Positions 16,998 through 24,000 of a stretch of 24,000 nucleotides of DNA are shown piece after piece. The DNA lies in the NCBI GenBank assembly GCA_051860365.1, contig JBHYED010000005.1, forward strand, positions 114,888 to 138,887. Reading direction: 5' to 3'. The position numbers were made by a program, and so were the translations under genes. Each line of letters starts with the position of its first letter. Positions within the stretch are counted from its first letter, which is position 1. A model generated the notes under the pieces. The model worked only from the letters and a program-made list of their open reading frames with translations. It was not told the origin of the DNA and did not search any database. Origin of the DNA: Phormidesmis sp. (GTDB lineage Bacteria > Cyanobacteriota > Cyanobacteriia > Phormidesmidales > Phormidesmidaceae).

Positions 16998-17483
16998 TTA
17001 GCGAGGGGATACAGATATCTCATTGGCTGGGGCCGTGAGCGCGCCAGTTGTGAGTTCTTTTACCGCGAGCAGCGGCCATAGCAGCCCCTGTGCAAACGCC
17101 TGGATTGCCAAAGCAACATCAATGAAAATTTCAGGTTCTTCTGGCTTGTCCACACGGTTACTCTTCAGCAAATAGGCGCGGCCCGACCAGCCAATAAATC
17201 CAGCGACGTAAAAGAACAGGGCGAAAGGAATGGCGATGTCAGCGGCTCGATCAAACCGTAGCTGCAAATGAGGCAGCCCCTCTGCGCCGCAAAGTAGATT
17301 GGCGGCATAGGACTGGTAAGGCGTGTCAAAGTAGTAGTTGTCAGGCGCGCTTTGCATCCGCTCTTGAAACGCGGCTGAATCTTGGCAAGGGACTAGGTGA
17401 GTGTCTGCAGTGGCTGGCGATGCGACGCTAGCCCAAATGAAAACAATCAATAAAAACGAAAAAACTTTACGCATCGGAAGCAT
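16998..17483 (-). CDS. psaF: Photosystem I subunit III (PsaF), far-red paralog
   Basis: Signal peptide followed by ADTHLVPCQDSAAFQERMQ....LLCGAEGLPHL and a TM region, all PsaF hallmarks. The ATG at 17474 (MRKVF) has an AGGAG SD 9 nt upstream and may be the true start. Confidence 0.92.
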   Translation of the reverse strand: MLPMRKVFSFLLIVFIWASVASPATADTHLVPCQDSAAFQERMQSAPDNYYFDTPYQSYAANLLCGAEGLPHLQLRFDRAADIAIPFALFFYVAGFIGWSGRAYLLKSNRVDKPEEPEIFIDVALAIQAFAQGLLWPLLAVKELTTGALTAPANEISVSPR

Positions 17484-17682
17484 CTCCTAATGTCACATCT
17501 CGGCCAATTTCTTGGCCCATTGACTCCAAATTCATTACGCTTTTTTCGCCGCCCTCCCGCTCTATCCATAGGAAAAGAATTGCAAAGACAGGAAAGGGAA
17601 GAATATAACAAATTAGAGGAATCATAATCCAAGGAAGCCATGATGCGGCATAGGCTCCGCTGAGCTGAGTGATATCTGCCAT
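17467..17682 (-). CDS. psaI: Photosystem I subunit VIII (PsaI), far-red paralog with an unusually long C-terminal tail
   Basis: GAYAASWLPWIMIPLICYILPFPVFAILFLWIEREG matches the PsaI core (SYAASYLPWILIP..GW.FPAVTM.LLF.YIE.E). It sits between psaL and psaF. The ORF runs ~25 aa past the usual end and overlaps the psaF start. Confidence 0.8.
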   Translation of the reverse strand: MADITQLSGAYAASWLPWIMIPLICYILPFPVFAILFLWIEREGGEKSVMNLESMGQEIGRDVTLGDASDA

Positions 17683-17731
17683 AGTGCAGTCTCCTTTTTT
17701 ACCGTAGGTTCATAGTTTGTTGGCTTTGCCG

Positions 17732-18304
17732 TTATCCAAAAGCGCCTGAAACAATCGTCTGACTGAGATTAACGGCTCCTCTCAAAATGGCGTCAAGCTC
17801 GTCAAAATTTTCAAGCAGTGCGTAGGCAAAAACAGCTCCTCCCATAGAGCCTAAGAAAATGCCGCCGCTGAGCTGATACCAGTCCTCCTTTTTGCGTAAG
17901 GGACGCAGCATATCTTTAGAGTGAGAGTTGTAGGTGCCTCTTGGATCGCCTTGAAACGTTGCCAACGCAAAAATAGAGATTCCCAGACAGGCCGATACGG
18001 TGATATAAATTGCCGTAATCAGCCCGCTAAGATTGGCCACGTGGCTGGCTTCTCGGATGGGGCCAAACACAACTTCTGGCCCGACGAGAAAGTACCCGTG
18101 GGCCATCCCGATTTCTAGCCCTCTGAGGAATGGTGTGAGCCCAGGGCGATAGGCTGGAAGGTTGTTGATATAGGCTTTTACAAGGTTAGAGCTGTTGATG
18201 GGCGTGGCTAAATTGCCGAGTTGAGGATCGCCTTTGTAAGGCTGAATAGGATCCTCAGTCATGTAGGCATCGGCGGCCCACATCGTTTGTTGAGTGGCGG
18301 GCAT
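17732..18304 (-). CDS. psaL: Photosystem I subunit XI (PsaL), far-red paralog
   Basis: KGDPQLGNLATPINSS..V..YINNLPAYRPGLTPFLRGLEIGMAHGYFLVGP is the canonical PsaL motif block, 190 aa. Confidence 0.92.
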   Translation of the reverse strand: MPATQQTMWAADAYMTEDPIQPYKGDPQLGNLATPINSSNLVKAYINNLPAYRPGLTPFLRGLEIGMAHGYFLVGPEVVFGPIREASHVANLSGLITAIYITVSACLGISIFALATFQGDPRGTYNSHSKDMLRPLRKKEDWYQLSGGIFLGSMGGAVFAYALLENFDELDAILRGAVNLSQTIVSGAFG

Positions 18305-18377
18305 GGGGTGACCTCACAGTATGAATAATAATGAGATGAGTGCGAATACAGCACGTGCGAAAGAGATAGAGAAGAAA

Positions 18378-18403
18378 GTCCTGACCGGTCTAGCAATCAG
18401 GAC
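18378..18403 (-). other. Small stem-loop followed by a U-rich tract in the psaB-psaL spacer (weak attenuator or processing-site candidate)
   Basis: GTCCTGA (18378-18384) and TCAGGAC (18397-18403) form a 7-bp stem with a 12-nt loop. The minus-strand RNA continues UUUCUUCUCUAUCUCUUUC. Confidence 0.3.
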
Positions 18404-18498
18404 CTGTCTGAGGACGAGGAGAGTCCACAGAATTTGTGCCAAAGGTTAGTTTTTAGACTGTTAGCGAGAACAAAACCAACCTTCGGCAATGCTGGTTA

Positions 18499-20730
18499 TC
18501 ACGGAAATCGGCTACTGGTAGAGGCAATCAGGAATGCACCATAGGTAGCAATATAGCCAACGGCAAAGTGCGTGAGCCCCACCAATCTTGCCTGCACAAT
18601 AGACAGCGCGACTGGCTTATCTTTGGGATAGCCAAAGGAGAGCGGCGTGTTTTCATGCGCCCACATTAGGGTTTCGATCAGCTCTTGCCAGTAGCCTCTC
18701 CAGGTAATGAGAAACATGAAGCTAATCGCCCAAACCAGGTGGCCAAACAGGAAGATCCAGGCCCAAATGGCAAGGTTGTTGGTGCCGTAGGGGTTATAGC
18801 CGTTGATTAGCTGGGCAGAGTTGAGCCACAGGTAGTCGCGGAACCAGCCCATGAGATAGGTGGAGCCTTCGTTAAACTGGGCGACGTTGCCGCTCCAGAT
18901 GGCGAGGTGCTTCCAGTGCCAGTAAAAGGTCACCCAGGCTAGGGTGTTGAGCATCCAAAACGTGGCCAGATAAACCGAGTCCCAGGCGGAAACATCGCAG
19001 GTACCACCACGGCCGGGGCCATCACAGGGGAAGGCATAGCCGAAGTCTTTTTTGTCGGGCATCAGCTTAGAGCCACGGGCGTCGAGCGCGCCTTTTACCA
19101 GGATGAGAGTAGTGACATGAAGGCCGAGGGCGATCGCATGATGCACCAAAAAGTCTCCCGGCCCAATCGCCAGAAACAGCGAGTTGGTGCCACTGTTAAT
19201 CGCCTCTAGCCAGTTAGGCAGCCACACGTTGGCATGGTTCGGCCAAGCCGTCGTCGCAATGCTGTCCGGGTTAGAGAGCAGCGAACTAATGCCATAGAGC
19301 GCTTTACCATGCACCGACTGAATCCACTGGGCAAACACCGGTTCAACCAGAATCTGCTTATCAGGTGAACCAAAGGCCACCTCACAGTCGTTGTGAACAT
19401 AGAGCGCCAGCGTATGGAAGCCGAGGAAAAGAGAAACCCAGCTCAAATGAGAGATGATGGCCTCTTTATGGTCGAGCACTCTGGCGAGCACATTATTCTC
19501 GTTCATCACCGGGTCGTAGTCTCGGACGAGGAAAATACCGCCGTGGGCAAACGCGCCGAGCATCAGGAATCCAGCAATGTACTGATGGTGCGTGTATAGC
19601 GCGCCCATGGTGGTGTAGTCGCGTGCCATGAAGGCATAGGGCGGCATGGCGTACATATGCTGGGCTACCAGTGAACAAACCACGCCTAAGCAGGCTAGGT
19701 GCCATCCTAACTGAAAGTGCAGAGAGTTGTTGTAGGTGTCGTAAATTCCCTTGTGACCGCGCCCGGTATTAGGTGCGATGAAAAAGCCTTTGATGCCTGG
19801 GCCTTGAAGAGATTCTGTCATCTCTTTAATGTTATGGCCGATGCCAAAGTTGGTGCGGTACATGTGGCCCGCGATGATGAAAATGACTGCGATCGCCAAA
19901 TGGTGATGCGCCATATCTGTCAGCCAAAGCGACTCCGTTTGCGGATGGAACCCACCCAAAAAGGTCAGAATCGCCGTCCCCGCGCCCTGAGACGTATTAA
20001 ACAGATGCTCTGTCGTATCAGGGTTGAGCGCATAGGCTCCCCAGTCTCCAGTAAAGAAAGGCTTTAGCCCTGCTGGGTGGGGTGGCATCGAAAGGAGATT
20101 GTTCCAGCCCACATGCACGCCGCGTGATTCAGGAATCGCCACGTGCACCAGGTGACCTGTCCAAGCCAGCGAGCTAACGCCAAACAGCCCAGCTAAGTGG
20201 TGATTAAGACGAGACTCTGCGTTTTTAAACCAGCCCAGACTAGGCCGGTAGCGAGGTTGCAGGTGCAGCCATCCGGCATACAGCATCACCGCCGCTAGCA
20301 GGAGTAAAAACATTGCGCCGACAAACAAATCGTTGCTGGTGCGCATCCCGATGGTATACCACCAGTGATACACTCCCGAATAGCAGAAGTTAACTGGGTT
20401 GCCCGCACCGGCAGGTGTAAAGGCTTCAATAGCCGCAGGGCCAAACTGTGGATCCCAAATTGCGTGAGCAATCGGTGTGGTGTTGAGTGGATCTTGAATC
20501 CACCGTTCAAAGTTGCCTTGCCAAGCGACATGAAAGAGAATGCCAGAGATCCAGAGAAAGATAATGGCAATATGGCCAAAATGGGAGGCAAAGATCTTTT
20601 GATAAAGACTCTCCTCAGTCATTCCATCGTGGCTTTCAAAATCATGTGCTGTGGCGAGAGAATAGAAGATCCGCCGGGTGGTCGGGTCTTGCTGCAACTC
20701 CTGACTAAATTTTGGAAATTTTGTTGCCAT
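18499..20730 (-). CDS. psaB: Photosystem I P700 apoprotein A2 (PsaB), far-red paralog
   Basis: [23 protein letters not shown]..., 743 aa, with the FX cluster motif [18 protein letters not shown]. Confidence 0.97.
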   Translation of the reverse strand: MATKFPKFSQELQQDPTTRRIFYSLATAHDFESHDGMTEESLYQKIFASHFGHIAIIFLWISGILFHVAWQGNFERWIQDPLNTTPIAHAIWDPQFGPAAIEAFTPAGAGNPVNFCYSGVYHWWYTIGMRTSNDLFVGAMFLLLLAAVMLYAGWLHLQPRYRPSLGWFKNAESRLNHHLAGLFGVSSLAWTGHLVHVAIPESRGVHVGWNNLLSMPPHPAGLKPFFTGDWGAYALNPDTTEHLFNTSQGAGTAILTFLGGFHPQTESLWLTDMAHHHLAIAVIFIIAGHMYRTNFGIGHNIKEMTESLQGPGIKGFFIAPNTGRGHKGIYDTYNNSLHFQLGWHLACLGVVCSLVAQHMYAMPPYAFMARDYTTMGALYTHHQYIAGFLMLGAFAHGGIFLVRDYDPVMNENNVLARVLDHKEAIISHLSWVSLFLGFHTLALYVHNDCEVAFGSPDKQILVEPVFAQWIQSVHGKALYGISSLLSNPDSIATTAWPNHANVWLPNWLEAINSGTNSLFLAIGPGDFLVHHAIALGLHVTTLILVKGALDARGSKLMPDKKDFGYAFPCDGPGRGGTCDVSAWDSVYLATFWMLNTLAWVTFYWHWKHLAIWSGNVAQFNEGSTYLMGWFRDYLWLNSAQLINGYNPYGTNNLAIWAWIFLFGHLVWAISFMFLITWRGYWQELIETLMWAHENTPLSFGYPKDKPVALSIVQARLVGLTHFAVGYIATYGAFLIASTSSRFP

Positions 20731-20760
20731 GGTTCCAAATAGGTAATGAGTTTGAATGAT

Positions 20761-20794
20761 TTTGTAGGGCCATAGTACGGCTATGCCCTACAAA
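20761..20794 (-). other. Strong hairpin in the 88-nt psaA-psaB spacer
   Basis: TTTGTAGGGCCATAG / CTATGCCCTACAAA forms 14 bp with one bulged C and a 5-nt loop (TACGG). No U-tract follows on the transcribed strand. Confidence 0.5.
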
Positions 20795-20818
20795 CTTGTC
20801 ATCTGTCAGCGTTATCTG

Positions 20819-23098
20819 TCAGCCAATCGAGGCCATCCTGGCCAAAAAGAACGCCCACGTGGTCACGATGCTGCCCAGCAAATAGTGAGCCGCCCCCACC
20901 GCGCGACCCTGAGTAATGCTCAGAGCCCGAGGCTGAATAACCGGCGTAATTCTCAACTTGTTATGTGCCCACACAATCGACTCAATCAGCTCTTGCCAAT
21001 AGCCCCGGCCGCTAAATAAGAACATTAGGCTAAAGCCAAAGACAAAGTGACCGGCCAAAAACATCAGGCCGTAGGCAGAAAGCGCCGAGCCATAGGAACT
21101 AATGACCTGAGTAGACTGAGCCCACAGAAAGTCTCTGAGCCAGCCGTTGATAGTAATAGACGAGAGCGCGAAGTTACCACCTGTAATGTGAGAGATACTG
21201 CCATCGGCATTCACCGTGCCCCACACATCCGACTGCATTTTCCAAAAGAAGTGGAAAATAACGATCGCAATCGAGTTGTACATCCAGAACAACCCTAGGA
21301 ATACGTGATCCCAAGCCGACACCTGGCAGGTGCCGCCCCGTCCTGGCCCGTCGCAAGGGAACCGAAATCCCAGCGCAGACTTATCAGGCACCAGACGGGA
21401 GTTGCGGGCAAACAGCACTCCTTTTAGCAGCACCAGCACCGTTACGTGAATCGTAAAGGCATGAATGTGGTGAATCATAAAGTCGGCGGTGCCTAGCGGG
21501 ATCGGCATCATGGCAACTTTGTCGCCTACGGCTACGACACCACCGCCAAAGGCATGGCTGACCGGGTTGGCCAGTCCTGGTGCGGTTGTGCTAATTGCCG
21601 TAGTTTGAATGCCCTGTATCCACTGGGCAAAAATCGGCTGCAATTGAATTCCCGTATCGGAGAACATATCTTGCGGTCGTCCAAAAGCTCGCATTGTGTC
21701 GTTATGACAGTAGATAGCAAAGCTGTGGAAGCCGAGGAACTGACAGACCCAAACAAGATGAGAGATAATCGCATCTCGATGACGCAACACTCTATCTAAA
21801 ACGTTGTTGACGTTTTCAGCCGGGTCGTAGTCGCGAATGAGGAAGATGCCGGCATGGGCCGCTGCGCCTACAATCAAGAATCCGCCGATCCACATGTGGT
21901 GGGTAAACAGAGAGGTGACTGTGTTGTAGTCTGTCGCTAGGTACGGGTAAGGCGGCATGGCGTACATGTGTTGCGCCACAATAATGCTCAAAGAGCCCAT
22001 CAGCGCTAGGTTGATTGAGAGCTGAGCGTGCCAGGATGTGGTGAGAACTTCAAAGAGACCTCTGTGCCCAACTGGCCCGATAAAACTCAAGAATGGCAGC
22101 ATTTTAGGGTATCTGGCATCTTCGAGCATGGTTCTAATATCGTGACCAATGCCCCAGTTGGTGCGGTACATGTGGCCTGCAAAGATGAACAGAACTGCGA
22201 TCGCCACGTGGTGATGCGCAATATCGGTCATCCACAAGCCTCCGGTCACCGGATTCAATCCACCCTTAAAGGTGAGAAAGTCAGCATAAACGCCCCAGTT
22301 CAGCGTAAAGAAGGGTTTGATGCCTTGGGCAAAACCAGGGTAGAGTTCGGCCATTAAAGCCGGGCTCAGAATAAATTCGTGCGGCAGCGGGATGTCTTTG
22401 ACGGCGACGCCTGCATCCAACAATTTGTTGGTGGGTAGCGCGACGTGGATCAAATGACCCGCCCAGCCCAGACTTCCTAGACCGAGCAGACCGGCCAGGT
22501 GGTGGTTGAGCATAGACTGCACGTTTTGAAACCATTCCAGCTTGGGCGATCGCACATGGTAGTGAAACCACCCCGCAAAAATCATCAGCGCGGCCATCAC
22601 CAGCGCTCCAATTGCCGTGCAGTAAAGCTGAAACTCGTTTGTAAAGCCTTCTCCGCGCCACATCTGAAACAGCCCAGAGGTAATTTGAATGCCTCTAAAA
22701 CCGCCTCCCATATCGCCGTTCAGAATATCTTGGCCAACCAGCGGCCACACGACCTGAGCACTGGGCCTCATGTGGGTTGGATCGGCCATCCACGACGAGA
22801 AGTTGGAAAAGCGAGCCCCATGAAAATACATGCCGCTCAGCCACACAAAGACAACGGCTAGATGTCCAAAGTGAGCAGAAAAGATTTTCCGAGAAACATC
22901 TTGTAAATCATTAGTGTGCGTATCAAAATCATGCGCGTCGGCATGCAGGTTCCAAATCCAGGTGGTGGTTTTGGGCCCTCTCGCCAACGTGCGATCAAAG
23001 TGTCCTGGTTTTGCCCATTTTTCAAAAGATGTGGGCACCGGACTGCTTTCGGTAGCAATCCTCACCGGATTCTCCTGTTTTGGAGGACTGGCGGTCAT
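20819..23098 (-). CDS. psaA: Photosystem I P700 apoprotein A1 (PsaA), far-red paralog
   Basis: [36 protein letters not shown], 759 aa, FX motif [28 protein letters not shown] upstream of ATG 23098. Confidence 0.97.
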   Translation of the reverse strand: MTASPPKQENPVRIATESSPVPTSFEKWAKPGHFDRTLARGPKTTTWIWNLHADAHDFDTHTNDLQDVSRKIFSAHFGHLAVVFVWLSGMYFHGARFSNFSSWMADPTHMRPSAQVVWPLVGQDILNGDMGGGFRGIQITSGLFQMWRGEGFTNEFQLYCTAIGALVMAALMIFAGWFHYHVRSPKLEWFQNVQSMLNHHLAGLLGLGSLGWAGHLIHVALPTNKLLDAGVAVKDIPLPHEFILSPALMAELYPGFAQGIKPFFTLNWGVYADFLTFKGGLNPVTGGLWMTDIAHHHVAIAVLFIFAGHMYRTNWGIGHDIRTMLEDARYPKMLPFLSFIGPVGHRGLFEVLTTSWHAQLSINLALMGSLSIIVAQHMYAMPPYPYLATDYNTVTSLFTHHMWIGGFLIVGAAAHAGIFLIRDYDPAENVNNVLDRVLRHRDAIISHLVWVCQFLGFHSFAIYCHNDTMRAFGRPQDMFSDTGIQLQPIFAQWIQGIQTTAISTTAPGLANPVSHAFGGGVVAVGDKVAMMPIPLGTADFMIHHIHAFTIHVTVLVLLKGVLFARNSRLVPDKSALGFRFPCDGPGRGGTCQVSAWDHVFLGLFWMYNSIAIVIFHFFWKMQSDVWGTVNADGSISHITGGNFALSSITINGWLRDFLWAQSTQVISSYGSALSAYGLMFLAGHFVFGFSLMFLFSGRGYWQELIESIVWAHNKLRITPVIQPRALSITQGRAVGAAHYLLGSIVTTWAFFLARMASIG

Positions 23099-23182
23099 GA
23101 GAACTCTCCTTTTTATTCAAATAAACCTGAAAAATTAAACAGCCTTTACGAGTATTGAAACGAGCCTTGAACAGAAAAGCCG

Positions 23183-24000
23183 CTACTCAATGGGCACAGC
23201 CCACTCAATATGGCCGTCGTGCTCTTGCTCATCAGGATGCTCTATAAACAGCGGCAGCCGTGAGGTAGTGGTTTTTCCAGCCGCACGCACACCCTGGTTA
23301 GCATGAATAACAATGTCAGACCAGGTAGGCACAACCGTCTTTTTTACTGAGACATGCGAGGGCAGCGTCAGTGAGAATCGGTCGAAGTCAAAAGCGGCTA
23401 GATCAACGCCCAGTGCGGCTGACCAAATGCCTGCAACCGGCAGGGCCGCTAAGCAAAAGTGAACCGCCCGTGAGCTGTTGAACTGCGCCCCTTTCCAAAA
23501 AAGCCGCTGTTGAAACGTTTGGGCATGCTCAAAGCTATAGGTTGTTTCAGCAGGTGGCCGGAGAATGGTGGACGTCACCAAAGCGCCGTGAACAGAACAC
23601 AGCAGGGCTCCGCCTAACACGCCAATAACGCCCATTTGATGTAGAGGACTAGCCAAAATGTTGTGATCGGCCTGAAACTGCATCATAAAGGTGAACGTGC
23701 CAGAGATGCCAAGGGGCATCCCTGAGGCAAAGCCTCCTTGTCCCATCGGATATATAATCAGAACTGACACTGAGGCGGCGACGGGTGCGGTAAACGCCAG
23801 CGAAATCCACGGGCGCATACCCAAGCGGTAGCTCAGCTCCCATTCTCGGTCTTGATAGCTAATAATGCCGATAATAAAATGCAGCACAATGAGCTGATAA
23901 GGTCCTCCATTTGTGAGCCACTCATTGAGTGAGGCGGCTTCCCAAATGGGATAGAAATGCAGCCCAATCGCGGCTGAAGTTGGCACAACAGCCGCCGTGA
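23183..24000 (-). CDS. chlF: Chlorophyll f synthase ChlF (super-rogue D1, PsbA4); 5' end outside the window
   Basis: D1 fold ([24 protein letters not shown], Tyr161, His198, His215 and His272 kept), but Asp170 is Ser (FASGMPLG) and Glu189 is Asp (QADHNIL). The C-terminal [13 protein letters not shown] ligand block is replaced by unrelated sequence. A QD dipeptide precedes REWELSY (ISYQDREWELSY). The 'M' at 23986 in the track is an internal GTG Val, and the frame stays open to 24000 (..TAAVVPTSAAIG). Confidence 0.88.
   Translation of the reverse strand, partial: TAAVVPTSAAIGLHFYPIWEAASLNEWLTNGGPYQLIVLHFIIGIISYQDREWELSYRLGMRPWISLAFTAPVAASVSVLIIYPMGQGGFASGMPLGISGTFTFMMQFQADHNILASPLHQMGVIGVLGGALLCSVHGALVTSTILRPPAETTYSFEHAQTFQQRLFWKGAQFNSSRAVHFCLAALPVAGIWSAALGVDLAAFDFDRFSLTLPSHVSVKKTVVPTWSDIVIHANQGVRAAGKTTTSRLPLFIEHPDEQEHDGHIEWAVPIE

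Noticed and set aside
17447-17641. 64-aa ORF overlapping psaI in another frame
   Set aside because: It is nested in the psaI/psaF junction, has no start context, and gives a Cys/Arg-rich nonsense-like translation. The PsaI frame explains the region.
18499-23098. Many 60-126-aa ORFs antisense to or out of frame within psaA/psaB (for example 19717-20067, 22028-22357, 22281-22661, 22499-22861). Similar ones lie inside psbC/psbB (1457-1825, 2084-2497, 2106-2525, 3007-3318), rfpC (11603-11959), rfpA and rfpB.
   Set aside because: Each is fully nested in a strongly supported, highly conserved gene. Their translations are Arg/Ser/Pro-rich with no recognisable motifs, as expected for shadow ORFs in moderately GC-rich coding DNA.

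Overview
The window is almost entirely a cyanobacterial far-red light photoacclimation (FaRLiP) gene cluster, which is a known system. On the + strand are far-red paralogs of PSII core genes: psbD (3' part, gene starts before the window), psbC, psbB and psbH. On the - strand, in transcription order, are chlF (the super-rogue psbA4, whose 5' end lies beyond 24000), psaA, psaB, psaL, psaI, psaF, psaJ (too short for the ORF track, found by hand), the regulatory operon rfpB-rfpA-rfpC, and a far-red psbA that keeps all Mn4CaO5 ligands. Two non-photosynthetic insertions sit between the PSII block and the psbA/rfp block. One is a GAF protein ending in a truncated HisKA remnant with no phospho-acceptor His. 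The other is a tightly coupled three-gene operon encoding a ~17-TPR CHAT (caspase-fold) protease and two unrecognisable small proteins, one membrane-anchored. That operon is the least explained part of the window. At least 18 copies of the HIP1 octamer GCGATCGC confirm a cyanobacterial chromosome. I saw no rRNA, tRNA, CRISPR array, transposase or integrase. No far-red allophycocyanin (apc) genes lie in the window, so the cluster probably continues outside it. All calls rest on reading the translations and motifs by eye. No database search was run.
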